In this document: positions 1 through 9,078 of the stretch, one piece after another | Layout: every line of letters begins with the position of its first letter | Position numbering within the stretch: position 1 is the first letter of the stretch | Source of the DNA: Bacteriovoracaceae bacterium | Lineage (GTDB): Bacteria > Bdellovibrionota > Bacteriovoracia > Bacteriovoracales > Bacteriovoracaceae | Reading direction: 5' to 3' | Assembly: GCA_021732585.1 (NCBI GenBank) | Contig: JAKFUR010000038.1 | Coordinates: 1 to 52,253 of the forward strand | DNA length: 52,253 bases | The notes under the pieces: generated by a model | Seen by the model: only the letters and a program-made list of their open reading frames with translations | Told to the model about the DNA's origin: nothing | Databases searched by the model: none | Program-made: the position numbers and the translations under genes

Positions 1-774
1 ACGACGCTCGATCTTACCGGCGGCGCGCCCGAGCTCCATCCGCAGTTCAAAGAAATCGTCACCCGCTCGCACGCGCTGGGGAAAAAAACCATAGTGTGGC
101 ACAACCTCACGGTGAGCTACGATCCGCATCCCGTGACCAACGAGAAAATGCTATGGGTACAAGAGTTCCTCGCTGCCCATCTGGTGGAGGTCGTCTCCTC
201 GCTGCCGTACTACCGCGAGTTCCTGACGGACCGTCAGCGCGGCCAGGGCGTATTTAAAAAATCTATCATGGGACTCCAAGCTCTAAATCAGCTCGGCTAT
301 GGGAAGGCGGGTACAGGTCTTGTGTTGAACCTCGTTTACAATCCCGTGGGCCACTACCTGCCGCCGGAGCAGGCGGCGCTCGAGAAAGAGTACAAGACCG
401 AACTCGCCGCGAAGTTCGGCATCGAGTTCAACCAACTCTTCACGATCACAAACATGCCGATCAAGCGCTTTCGAGAAGATCTCGAGCGCGCTGAAAAATA
501 CGAGGAGTACATGGAAACCTTGCACGCGGCGTTCAATTCACAGGCCGCTCAATCTGTGATGTGTCGGAGCATGCTGTCGGTAGGTTGGGACGGCTCTGTC
601 TACGACTGCGATTTTAATCAAATGCTCGAACTGCCCGCACGAGCCGAGGGCCAGCGCGTGACACTTGAAAACTTTGACGTGAAAACCTTCATGAAGCGCA
701 GTATCGTCTGGGGAGACCACTGCTTTGGCTGCACGGCCGGTTCCGGTTCAAGCTGCGGTGGAACAACGACTTAA
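1..774 (+). CDS. arsS: Arsenosugar-biosynthesis radical SAM protein ArsS (radical SAM/Cys-rich domain family), 5'-truncated by the window edge
   Basis: Frame 1 is open from base 1 (TTLDLTGGAPELHPQFKEIV...), so the listed Met at 94 is internal. The Cys-rich C-terminus (MCRSMLSVGWDGSVYDCDFNQ ... GDHCFGCTAGSGSSCGG) is typical of this family. The neighbours are arsM, an AhpD-like protein and a TIGR04283-like transferase. Confidence 0.8.
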   Translation, partial: TTLDLTGGAPELHPQFKEIVTRSHALGKKTIVWHNLTVSYDPHPVTNEKMLWVQEFLAAHLVEVVSSLPYYREFLTDRQRGQGVFKKSIMGLQALNQLGYGKAGTGLVLNLVYNPVGHYLPPEQAALEKEYKTELAAKFGIEFNQLFTITNMPIKRFREDLERAEKYEEYMETLHAAFNSQAAQSVMCRSMLSVGWDGSVYDCDFNQMLELPARAEGQRVTLENFDVKTFMKRSIVWGDHCFGCTAGSGSSCGGTTT

Positions 775-784
775 GGAGAAACAC

Positions 785-1123
785 ATGTCGTATTACGAAG
801 CCTCGGATCTTAAAAAATTTCCCAAGATCGCAGATCTGTCACCAGAACTCGCGAAAAAATTCTTTTCCTGGTACGGCGACGTCACGGGGACGGAGGGCGC
901 GCTTACTGTGCGGGAAAAAACGCTCATTGCACTCGCAGTGTCGCACGCCTTGAAATGTCCTTACTGCATCGATGCTTACACCGTCACGTCCCTAGAGAAA
1001 GGCCTTGATCCCGAGCAGATGATGGAAGCCGTGCACATCGCCGCCGCCATGTCGGCCGGTGTGACGTTGGTGCACAGTGTGCAAATGCAAAACCACCTTC
1101 GGGACAAAGGCGTCATCGACTAG
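785..1123 (+). CDS. Arsenosugar biosynthesis-associated peroxidase-like protein (AhpD/carboxymuconolactone decarboxylase fold)
   Basis: ATG at 785 lies 6 nt after a strong AAGGAGA ribosome-binding site. The protein has the CxxC motif of the CMD/AhpD family (ALKCPYCIDAYT) and sits immediately downstream of arsS. Confidence 0.75.
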   Translation: MSYYEASDLKKFPKIADLSPELAKKFFSWYGDVTGTEGALTVREKTLIALAVSHALKCPYCIDAYTVTSLEKGLDPEQMMEAVHIAAAMSAGVTLVHSVQMQNHLRDKGVID

Positions 1124-2121
1124 CTTTTTTTTCTTTTCCAAATATGTTGGTCTAAGAAAAAGTGCTGCCCCACGATGCCAAAGTAGAGCACGTAGGCGAC
1201 CTGCGACCACAGCGCGTGGTTCAAGGCAACGTCGAAGAGGCGAACTTCACCACGGGCCCAGAAAATCGGAGTGAATATGAGCGCTCCGAAGAAAAAGCAA
1301 GCGATGGTTTTTTTCTGTAGCTCAGCAATGTTGTCGCGCTTGGCGCGCCAGACGGTGATCGCCAGATACTGGATGTTGTGAAACGATGAATTGAGTACAG
1401 TCACGATGAGAAACCCTTCAGCTGCTCCCATGGGGCCAGGGAAAAAGGGCTCAGCGTAGGCCACGACGTGAAACAGTAGGTAGTAGTAAGCCCCGACAAG
1501 GGCCAGGTAGGTGAGCGGTAGCAACGAGCGTGAGTGGAGCTTCACGACAAGGCCGATAAACACCAAAATCGCAGCGACAGTGGCGCTGAGTTGCAGAGAG
1601 CTCCAGGGAATGAAAGCTGAGAGGGCAGGGTAAGCCGAGTTTAGTTTAAAGTTGAATAAGAGCTACGCCATGAATGCGTAGCAGATGATGTAGGTTCCCC
1701 AGCGCAGCAGAGTCAGTTCATTCTCGGGGAGATTTTTTTGTCTGGCCCACAGTGCGATGAAGCCGTAGTGCTGGCGTGTGTTGTGATAAAGCGACCACAG
1801 AAAAATCAAGAAGCCCCACGTACCAGTGGCGCTCGTCGTAGCAAACGTAGCATCATAAGAGACGGCGAGAAGGGGAATCCCGAAGAACGCGAAACTGGTG
1901 AAAAGAAGGGTTTTGTTTTTCTGAAAGAAGTTGGCGTCACCGAAAGTGCGAACCCAAGTGATAGCGAAGTGTGGACCCTCGAGAAGCATGACCCATCCCC
2001 AAAAGATGAGGGAGACGAGGGAAGCCTCGACGGAGGCGACGAGCGCCAAAGTCATCGAAATGAAAGCCCCTCCCATGATGAGGGTCGTGTCGAAGCGGCG
2101 TGATTGGATCCAGGTTTGCAT
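1120..2121 (-). pseudogene. Polytopic membrane protein with His-rich motifs, interrupted by one in-frame TAG at 1663-1665
   Basis: ORFs 1663..2121 and 1120..1566 are in the same frame (2121-1566 = 555). The 96 nt between them translate without stops as hydrophobic sequence (LLFNFKLNSAYPALSAFIPWSSLQLSATVAAI). The 'Met' at 1566 is a TTG codon and the next ATG is far downstream. His motifs present: LYHNTRQHYGF, SFHNIQY, QHFFLDQHIW. Confidence 0.6.
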
Positions 2122-2188
2122 GAATGTGTCCTTGTTGTTACTATGTTAACATTATTTTCCAGGCGATTCGTTCGTCAAGAGGATTGGC

Positions 2189-3250
2189 ATGAGCAGCATT
2201 AAAACAGAGGTTCAAAAGTACTACGGCGAGACCCTTAAAACTTCGCAGGACCTCAAGACCTCCGCGTGCTGCACGCCGGATGCGATGCCGGGCTGGATAA
2301 AAAAAATTCTTTCACAAATTCACGACGAACCCATGGCCAAGTACTACGGATGTGGTCTCGTCGTCCCGCATAGCCTTGAAGGCGCCAAGGTTCTCGACCT
2401 CGGCTGCGGAGCCGGTCGCGACGTGTTCATCATCTCCAAGCTCGTCGGTGAAAAGGGCGAAGTGGTGGGCGTTGATTTCACGAATGAGCAGCTCGCCTCG
2501 GCCCGGAAGCACCAAGACTGGCACCGAGAAAAATTCGGCCACACCCGCTTGAACACCCAGTTCCTCAACGGCGATATCCAGGACTTGCTCGCACTCAAAC
2601 TCAAGCCTAACGACTTCGACGTGGTCGTTTCGAACTGTGTGGTGAATCTCGTTGAAGACAAGCTCAAGGTATTGAAAGACGTCTTCGCTCTCCTGAAAGA
2701 AGGCGGAGAATTTTATTTTTCTGACGTCTATGCCTCTCGTCGCATTAGCGAAGAGCTGCAGCACGATCCCGTCGCTCGTGGAGAGTGTCTCTCAGGAGCG
2801 CTGTACTGGAACGACTTTCACCAACTCGCCAAAGCGGCGGGCTTTCGTGATCCACGCATCGTCGAGTCGCGCCAGCTCACCATCGGTGATGAAGCGCTCG
2901 CGCAGAAGTTGGCGGGCATTGAATTTTTCTCCGTCACTTACCGGCTCTTCAAACTCCCGAAGCTCGAGGCGGCCTGCGAAGATTACGGCCAGGCCGTCAT
3001 CTATAACGGTGGAATTCCGCAATCGCCGGCGGCGTACCTGTTGGATGGGCATCATCTCTTCGAGAAAGGAAAGGTCGTTTCCGTTTGTGGCAACACTTGG
3101 ATGATGCTTGCGGACACTCGCTTCAAGGAACACTTCACTTTCATCGGGAATTTTGAAAAACACTTCGGGATTTTCCCGGGATGTGGCACCGACATTCCTT
3201 ACGAACGATCCGTCGGAGGGTCTTCAGCGGCTGGCGCCTGCTGTCCCTGA
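2189..3250 (+). CDS. arsM: Arsenite S-adenosylmethionine methyltransferase
   Basis: N-terminal KYYG...TSACC Cys pair, SAM-binding motif VLDLGCGAGRDVF, further conserved Cys (SNCVVNL, CGN), and a C-terminal Cys pair (GACCP). Located in an ars-type cluster. Confidence 0.85.
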   Translation: MSSIKTEVQKYYGETLKTSQDLKTSACCTPDAMPGWIKKILSQIHDEPMAKYYGCGLVVPHSLEGAKVLDLGCGAGRDVFIISKLVGEKGEVVGVDFTNEQLASARKHQDWHREKFGHTRLNTQFLNGDIQDLLALKLKPNDFDVVVSNCVVNLVEDKLKVLKDVFALLKEGGEFYFSDVYASRRISEELQHDPVARGECLSGALYWNDFHQLAKAAGFRDPRIVESRQLTIGDEALAQKLAGIEFFSVTYRLFKLPKLEAACEDYGQAVIYNGGIPQSPAAYLLDGHHLFEKGKVVSVCGNTWMMLADTRFKEHFTFIGNFEKHFGIFPGCGTDIPYERSVGGSSAAGACCP

Positions 3251-3957
3251 AGCGGCGTGCTGCCGTTGAGCTCAAGTCCGCGCTCGTAGTCTTGGTTTAT
3301 ATGTGAGTTATCGTAGTTTAAGTAGAACTTAAATTTTGCGATTTGGTTTAAGAGGACTTGCTTGGCAACTCCGTTTTTCTCGAAACGCAGCGACGACGTG
3401 ACCGTGGTTTCTAATAATCGCACGGGCCTCCAAGATGGCAGGAGCCTCTGGCAGAAGAGGGTGTCTTCGAAAATGGCGTCGTGGGGGAAACCTCCGACAC
3501 GCATCAGAGAGTCCCGTCGTGCCCACAGGACGTGGTCGAGATAAAAAATACCCCGCCGATCGCCGCGGACATGATTCGACCACCATGAAGTAAATCGAAG
3601 AACAGGATGGCGAGAATCGAAGCTATGAGTGAAAGCCCCCCACGCATGCGACAGTGGCAAATGCTCGCCACGCGTAACTACGTCATCAGAGAGAAGTGTC
3701 CGCGGATGCACGAAGACCACGTCGCGGGAGACACAGGCACGGAGCCCCTCATCATAGCGTCTGCCGCGCGTACTGCCTGGAAGCGAGAGGACGGGGACGC
3801 GCATCTCCAGCAGACGTTGAAGAGTCTGATGAGAGCTACCTCCGTCGACGACAATGAACGATTGCTCTCGCTGCTGCAAGAGAGCGAGGTTCTTCCAAAA
3901 GTAGTCATTAGCTTCTTCGTTGTAGATGGAAAAAATCCAACAGACATGACGACTCAT
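3199..3957 (-). CDS. GT2-like transferase of the rSAM/selenodomain-associated (TIGR04283-like, arsenosugar-associated) type
   Basis: Motifs FIVVDGGSSHQT, GAFTHSF, IFEDTLF and TSSLRFEKNG follow the order I recall for this family. Its 3' end overlaps arsM by 52 nt in convergent orientation. Confidence 0.65.
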   Translation of the reverse strand: MSRHVCWIFSIYNEEANDYFWKNLALLQQREQSFIVVDGGSSHQTLQRLLEMRVPVLSLPGSTRGRRYDEGLRACVSRDVVFVHPRTLLSDDVVTRGEHLPLSHAWGAFTHSFDSRHPVLRFTSWWSNHVRGDRRGIFYLDHVLWARRDSLMRVGGFPHDAIFEDTLFCQRLLPSWRPVRLLETTVTSSLRFEKNGVAKQVLLNQIAKFKFYLNYDNSHINQDYERGLELNGSTPLQGQQAPAAEDPPTDRS

Positions 3958-4025
3958 GGGTCCTACTATAAACCGAAACGACTGAACCGTGAATAAACTT
4001 CTCCATCAATCACTGCGAGTGCTGT

Positions 4026-5345
4026 ATGCAGAATAAAACTAGGCTTTTCATTCAGGCGAAGATTGATGCCGAGAACATGAAAGCGGAGGTGTTCGCCTCC
4101 TACGCACAGGTTATGTTTTTGGTCCTCATCATGGCGGTCTACCTGCTGTCACCGAAGGGATTCACGGGTACCTTTTTTGAACCGGTGAAGGTCGCGTTCT
4201 GGTTTTACTTGCCCGTCATCTGTATCCGCTGGTACCTCGCCAGTCGATCTCGCTTAAAACAGTGGCAGATCTATGTGTTCTTAGTGCTCGACGTAGCCAT
4301 CCTCGCCGCACTCATCTGGTCGTACCACATTCAGTATCAAGCGCCATTCACACTGTCCCTTCGTTCGCCGACCTTCTTGTACTTCTTCGTGTTCTTGTCC
4401 CTTCGTGCTTTGAGTTTTCGGGTCGCCCACGTGTTCGTTTATACGGGAGGCTTTCTCCTCGCTTGGGGGGTCATGATCGGGCTTGCTCGTGGCGACGGGT
4501 CACTGCGAGTGACTCGATTGTTCAAGGACTACCTAGAGCCGAACACCTTCATCCTAGGCGTCGAGATCGACAAGATGCTTGCTGTCTGCTTAATGGGCAT
4601 CATCGTCGCATTTTCGATTTATCGAAAGCGGTTGCTACTCTCTCGTCTCGCCGAACAGTTCGTGAAAGAAGAGGCGATGCAGAGTTTACTGGGGAAGGGA
4701 GCGTTGACGACGTTTAACCTTCTGGAAAATGAACTCGTTCCCGGTCAAGTAAGAACGAAAGTCGGGGCGACACTAATAGTAGATCTCCGTGGGTTCAGTC
4801 GCCTTTCCTATGTGATTTCTTCGGAGCAGCTCCTCAAGCTTTTGGGTGAATATCAGCAAATCGTTGCCCAACGAGTCTTCGACTGTGGTGGAGTGGTGGA
4901 CAAGTATTTGGGAGATGGAGTCCTCGCACACTTCGGGATTGCCAATGAGCTTCCGAATTTTGCTTCCAGTGCTGTGCGTGCAGCGGAACTCATCGAGAGC
5001 GACCTTCACTCTTGGGTCCAACGGTGCAAGGGCGATGGGCTCGAGATAGGCTTCGGCGTTGCTGTTGCTCATGGCCCGGTGGCTTTTGGAGTGATCGGAC
5101 ATCCGGAGAGGATGGAGATCACCGTGCTAGGAGAATCGGTGAACTTCGCGGCGAAGCTAGAGAAGCACACAAAGGTCCTGGGGCATACCGTGCTTATGGA
5201 TGCGACAACTTATCAGGCCGCGCGAGACGAGGGTCACGAATCCAGTCACAACGCTGTGAGCTTCGAGCAGGTTTCAATTTCGGGGATACCGACGCCGCAG
5301 AACTTAGTCGCACTCACGAGGGATCGTGCAGCGGCCTCTGAGTAG
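4026..5345 (+). CDS. Membrane-anchored class III adenylate/guanylate cyclase
   Basis: About six N-terminal hydrophobic helices, then a cyclase homology domain (ATLIVDLRGFSRLS, DKYLGDGVLAHFG, GVAHGPVAFGVIG, ITVLGESVNFAAKLE). Confidence 0.85.
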   Translation: MQNKTRLFIQAKIDAENMKAEVFASYAQVMFLVLIMAVYLLSPKGFTGTFFEPVKVAFWFYLPVICIRWYLASRSRLKQWQIYVFLVLDVAILAALIWSYHIQYQAPFTLSLRSPTFLYFFVFLSLRALSFRVAHVFVYTGGFLLAWGVMIGLARGDGSLRVTRLFKDYLEPNTFILGVEIDKMLAVCLMGIIVAFSIYRKRLLLSRLAEQFVKEEAMQSLLGKGALTTFNLLENELVPGQVRTKVGATLIVDLRGFSRLSYVISSEQLLKLLGEYQQIVAQRVFDCGGVVDKYLGDGVLAHFGIANELPNFASSAVRAAELIESDLHSWVQRCKGDGLEIGFGVAVAHGPVAFGVIGHPERMEITVLGESVNFAAKLEKHTKVLGHTVLMDATTYQAARDEGHESSHNAVSFEQVSISGIPTPQNLVALTRDRAAASE

Positions 5346-5420
5346 GATGGTTTAAAGAAAGACTCTGTAAAAATTTCATGGATTGTAATCTCAACTAGAA
5401 ATTGAGGTACAAATTTGCCC

Positions 5421-5924
5421 ATGAAAAATACAACACTTGTTCTCATGCTTGTATCTCTCTCTTTGCTCGCCGCTTGCGGCAAGAGCAATAAAAGTGGGAA
5501 ATCCTCTTCTCGCAGTAGCAATCCCGTGGTGATTGAGGACGACGTTGTCGCAGCAAGCTCAAAGCAATCCGTGCTCCAGCAACTCAATAAGTATCGCAAA
5601 GCTTCGGGTGCCGCAGAGTTACGCTACGATAGCACTTTGGATAACTACGCTCAAGGGCACGCCGACAACATCAGCGATGGTCGCAGTCCTTTAAGTTCCC
5701 GTCAGTGCTCTCTCCGCAACAACGCCACAGGCATCAATTCAACCTGCGCAGAGTTCGTTCTTCGCGGGCAATACTTATCTCAGAATGTGGTTCAGCAGTT
5801 AATCGATTCTGCTCGCAATCAAAGCCGCTTGCAAGATCCACAACTCAAGCGTGTGGGCATTGGCGCAGCTTCTGATCGTCAAGGCCGTGCTGTGTGGGTA
5901 CTTTTGATGATTGGGACGCATTAA
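5421..5924 (+). CDS. Lipoprotein with CAP/SCP (PR-1-like) domain
   Basis: ATG at 5421 (position 5415 is a TTG). Lipobox LLAAC. CAP-like segment LNKYRKASGAAELRYDSTLDNYAQGHA. Confidence 0.6.
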   Translation: MKNTTLVLMLVSLSLLAACGKSNKSGKSSSRSSNPVVIEDDVVAASSKQSVLQQLNKYRKASGAAELRYDSTLDNYAQGHADNISDGRSPLSSRQCSLRNNATGINSTCAEFVLRGQYLSQNVVQQLIDSARNQSRLQDPQLKRVGIGAASDRQGRAVWVLLMIGTH

Positions 5925-5994
5925 ATAAATTTTTGGCTAAAAAAATGACATTCAGCTGACATGGTGTTTGTGCTCTGAGGTAAGATAGCAGAGC

Positions 5995-7485
5995 ATGAGA
6001 ACCTATCTCTCGCTGATTATTACTGCCATTTTGCTTTCGTTTCTGACGGCTTATTTTGCTTTGAATTTGCAGCGCGAACAATTCGCCGAGCCCCACGACC
6101 TCGTGAGACTGCAAAAACTCAGCTTCAAATTCCAATTAAAAACTCGGCCTTTGATGGAACTTGATCTGAGTGCCATGTATCCCACCCGTGGGTATTTTCA
6201 GCTAATCCAATCCATTCCGACTCCCTTTAGCCAAGCTCCACGTTTTTCAAAAAGATGCGGTCAGCGCGCCAATCGCATGACAAAAAGTCTTACGGACAAA
6301 GTCGAAATTTGGGAAACTTTTCGCTGCCAAGAAATCCGTGAGCTACCGGAGTACTTCTTCGAGTTTCCTCCTTTCATTCATGATAGTGGTGAAAGCTATG
6401 CGTACTTGGCCTATACCTCGGGGATGGCCCCCTTCAATGACTCAAGTTGGATCAAGAAGAACTTAAACTTTTTCCACATCTCCGAGTTGCGCCTGCTGCC
6501 AGTCGATAGCTTAGATGAGCGTTTCAAAATTCTCGCGGGACTAGATAATGCTCACTTTGAAGGAATTATTAGCGGTAATACGGCCCTACTGACGAATGAA
6601 TTCTACCTGGTGAAAAAGCAGCAAAAAGCTGGCCACTTCTATAGCGTCTATCGCCGCATGGAGTTTGAGCGGTTTCTCAACTCGTATTCCTACTACCCAA
6701 AAGAGTTTAAACTCGGTGAGGCCTGCTTCTACCAAGAAGGGGGAGTTTGCTGGCAGAGGAACTCAAACAACATTCTGCAGAAATTACGGCCATCTTCGAC
6801 GATCATTTTTGCATCGTCAGTTCTTATTCTAGTGTTGGTGTCTTTGAGTCTTTATTCGCGGATTAAAATGCAAAACAAAGAAGAGGAGCGCAAGCGCCAT
6901 GCTTTGCGAGTACTCACTCATGAGCTGCGTACACCTGTGGCGAACCTTCTTTTACAGATCGAAGAGATCAATAAAAAGTCCCATGACCGAGACCCCGCCT
7001 TGCAAGAAGAGCTGCTCAAAATGGAAGGGGAGATCTATCGTCTCAAACGTTTGGCGGAAAAAAGTTCAAGTTATTTGAATTCTGCGCAGGACAAAGGGCT
7101 CATCACTTTTGATATGAAGGAAGTGCCTTCATTTAATGAACTCATGGAAAGTCTCTTGGAAAGCTATCAAGGGATTCAGCTGCAGAAATTAGAGGCAGAT
7201 CAGCGTGTGGTGGTCGATGTGTATTGGTTTAGCATCTGTCTTAAGAATTTAGTAGAGAATGCCATCGCTCACGGAGCGCGTCCAATTCAAGTTCAATGTA
7301 CTGCCGATGGCAGCTATGTGCGTATTGATGTCATCGACCAGGGTACCATCAAAGCCATTTCAGACTCCGCCGGGCTTGGAATGGGACTGAGCATTGTGGA
7401 AAATATTATCGAAGAGATGAAAGGCAAGCTCACTCAAGGGACGTCGCCCACTCGGTTCTCGCTCTATTTGAAGGCAAATGTATGA
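5995..7485 (+). CDS. Sensor histidine kinase with a large periplasmic domain
   Basis: H-box LTHELRTPVANL, N-box NLVENAIAHG and a G-box-like GLGMGLSIV. Two transmembrane segments flank a roughly 250-aa periplasmic region. The stop overlaps the response-regulator start (ATGA). Confidence 0.85.
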   Translation: MRTYLSLIITAILLSFLTAYFALNLQREQFAEPHDLVRLQKLSFKFQLKTRPLMELDLSAMYPTRGYFQLIQSIPTPFSQAPRFSKRCGQRANRMTKSLTDKVEIWETFRCQEIRELPEYFFEFPPFIHDSGESYAYLAYTSGMAPFNDSSWIKKNLNFFHISELRLLPVDSLDERFKILAGLDNAHFEGIISGNTALLTNEFYLVKKQQKAGHFYSVYRRMEFERFLNSYSYYPKEFKLGEACFYQEGGVCWQRNSNNILQKLRPSSTIIFASSVLILVLVSLSLYSRIKMQNKEEERKRHALRVLTHELRTPVANLLLQIEEINKKSHDRDPALQEELLKMEGEIYRLKRLAEKSSSYLNSAQDKGLITFDMKEVPSFNELMESLLESYQGIQLQKLEADQRVVVDVYWFSICLKNLVENAIAHGARPIQVQCTADGSYVRIDVIDQGTIKAISDSAGLGMGLSIVENIIEEMKGKLTQGTSPTRFSLYLKANV

Positions 7486-8156
7486 AACAGGTTCTGATTG
7501 TAGAAGACGATGTGAATCTTGGTCAGTCTCTCAAAAAAATTTGTGAAGGTGAAGGCATGGTGGCCTATCTCGCCACCAGTTTGCATGAGGCGCGAGGAAT
7601 TATTTCGGACTCCTTGGATATTGTGTTGCTGGATTGGATGCTGCCCGATGGTCAGGGCATTGATTTTCTCAAGGAAGTTCGCCTCACACATAAAAGCATT
7701 CCGGTGATTATGCTCACGGCGCGCACGGAGCTGATTGATAAAGTCTTGGGACTTGAATCAGGTGCCAATGACTACATGACTAAACCTTTTGAATCTCGCG
7801 AACTCATCGCGCGTATCCGTGTCCAGTTGCGTGAAAAGCATGACAATAGTGATAAAGCTGAGCGTTTGGTTTTTGGCCGCTTAGTGATCAACACGAAAAA
7901 TAGAGATGTGTTGTTTGATGGTGAACGCGTGACCATGACCAAGATGGAGTATGAGCTCATTAAGATCTTGGCCGAGAACCCGCAGCAGACTTTTTCCCGA
8001 GAGAACCTGTTAGATAAGGTGTGGGGCTATGATAATTACCCTACGACACGCACCGTCGATAATCATGTGCTGCAGATTCGTCAGAAAACTAGCGATGAAG
8101 TCATCGAAACCATTCGAGGTCTTGGTTATCGCCTGGGAATTGTCAGCTCGAAATGA
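7482..8156 (+). CDS. OmpR/PhoB-family response regulator
   Basis: Receiver domain (VLIVEDD, LLDWMLPDG, MLTAR) and a winged-helix output domain (LTKMEYELIKIL, RTVDNHVLQIRQK, GLGYRL). Confidence 0.9.
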   Translation: MKQVLIVEDDVNLGQSLKKICEGEGMVAYLATSLHEARGIISDSLDIVLLDWMLPDGQGIDFLKEVRLTHKSIPVIMLTARTELIDKVLGLESGANDYMTKPFESRELIARIRVQLREKHDNSDKAERLVFGRLVINTKNRDVLFDGERVTMTKMEYELIKILAENPQQTFSRENLLDKVWGYDNYPTTRTVDNHVLQIRQKTSDEVIETIRGLGYRLGIVSSK

Positions 8157-8241
8157 CCTCGATTTGACTTCGAAATGACTCCCTTATTTTGTCCTTTGTT
8201 ACGATCTGTTGGTGAGCGGAACGCAACCAACGGAGAACAAC

Positions 8242-9036
8242 ATGAAGTCAGGAATCTTATTCATAATCGCGGGATCACTGATCGCTGCGAGCTGCACCAC
8301 AGAAACTCAGTTTAGAAATCAAGTCGCCAAAGCGATCGCTAATGACCCGAGCATTATTGCTCAAGCGATTGAGAAAAACCCCGTTCAGATCCTTACCGCC
8401 CTTCAAAACGCTTCTAAGAATGCCCAAGAAGCGCTCGCCAAAGAGAAAGAAGCCCAGGACAGAAAGGCCCTCGAAGAAACCTTTGAGAAGCCTCTCATCA
8501 CAGCGATCCGTTCGGATGAATCCATCTTAGGGCCTAAGGATGCGCCCATCACGCTGGTTGAGTACTCAGATTTCGAGTGTCCTTTCTGTGCTCGTGGCTT
8601 CAGTACGGTTAAGGAGTTGATGACCAAGTACAAGGGCAAGATTCGTTTCGTGTACAAGCATTTACCGCTGAGCTTTCACCCCCAAGCTTTGATCTCAGCG
8701 AAGTACTATGAAGCGATTCGTTTGCAAGATGAAAAGAAAGCCTTCGCGTTTCATGATGAGATTTATAAGAATCAAAAGAAACTTGCTGGCGGCGTGACGT
8801 TTCTGGATGCCACTGCGAAGAGTATCGGAGCCGACTTGAGCCGTCTTAAAAAAGATGTGGAGTCTCCGGCCATCGCGAAACGCATTGATGATGATATCCG
8901 CGAAGCGGCAAGTCTAGGCATTGAAGGAACTCCCGGCTTTGTCATTAACGGTGTCCCTGTACGTGGGGCCTATCCGGCTGACCACTTTGTGGGCATTGTT
9001 GATGAGTTACAAAAACGCGGCAAACTTAAGATTTAA
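8242..9036 (+). CDS. DsbA-family thiol:disulfide oxidoreductase lipoprotein
   Basis: ATG at 8242, lipobox LIAASC, thioredoxin-fold CPFC active site (YSDFECPFCARG) and C-terminal GTPGFVING. Confidence 0.8.
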   Translation: MKSGILFIIAGSLIAASCTTETQFRNQVAKAIANDPSIIAQAIEKNPVQILTALQNASKNAQEALAKEKEAQDRKALEETFEKPLITAIRSDESILGPKDAPITLVEYSDFECPFCARGFSTVKELMTKYKGKIRFVYKHLPLSFHPQALISAKYYEAIRLQDEKKAFAFHDEIYKNQKKLAGGVTFLDATAKSIGADLSRLKKDVESPAIAKRIDDDIREAASLGIEGTPGFVINGVPVRGAYPADHFVGIVDELQKRGKLKI

Positions 9037-9056
9037 GACGTCTTTACCTGCATGGC

Positions 9057-9078
9057 GCCAGGAGCGAATGCTCCTGGC
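9057..9078 (+). terminator. Possible terminator hairpin downstream of the DsbA-like gene
   Basis: A 9-bp perfect stem with a 4-nt loop: GCCAGGAGC-gaat-GCTCCTGGC. No clean U-tract follows (atgatcgtt then an A run), so its function is uncertain. Confidence 0.35.

Noticed and set aside
725-784. An upstream extension of the AhpD-like ORF, overlapping the arsS 3' end.
   Set aside because: The ATG at 785 has a strong AAGGAGA ribosome-binding site and begins the conserved domain. The extension lies inside arsS in another frame.
1663-1665. The in-frame TAG read as pyrrolysine or another recoding event.
   Set aside because: No pyl genes or other recoding context is visible, and selenocysteine uses TGA rather than TAG. 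A nonsense mutation or sequencing error is the simpler explanation. The site is still reported as a finding so it can be checked.
4262-5341. Alternative-frame ORFs (4262..4717 and 5012..5341) inside the cyclase gene. Similar overlapping ORFs occur throughout the track.
   Set aside because: Their Arg/Ser/Pro-rich translations are typical of off-frame reading of a GC-rich gene. The main frame carries the clear cyclase motifs.
5971-5995. A hairpin (TGCTCTG-N11-CAGAGCA) overlapping the histidine kinase start codon, considered as a translational control element.
   Set aside because: The stem is only 7 bp with a large loop, and I cannot assess conservation. It is too weak to report.
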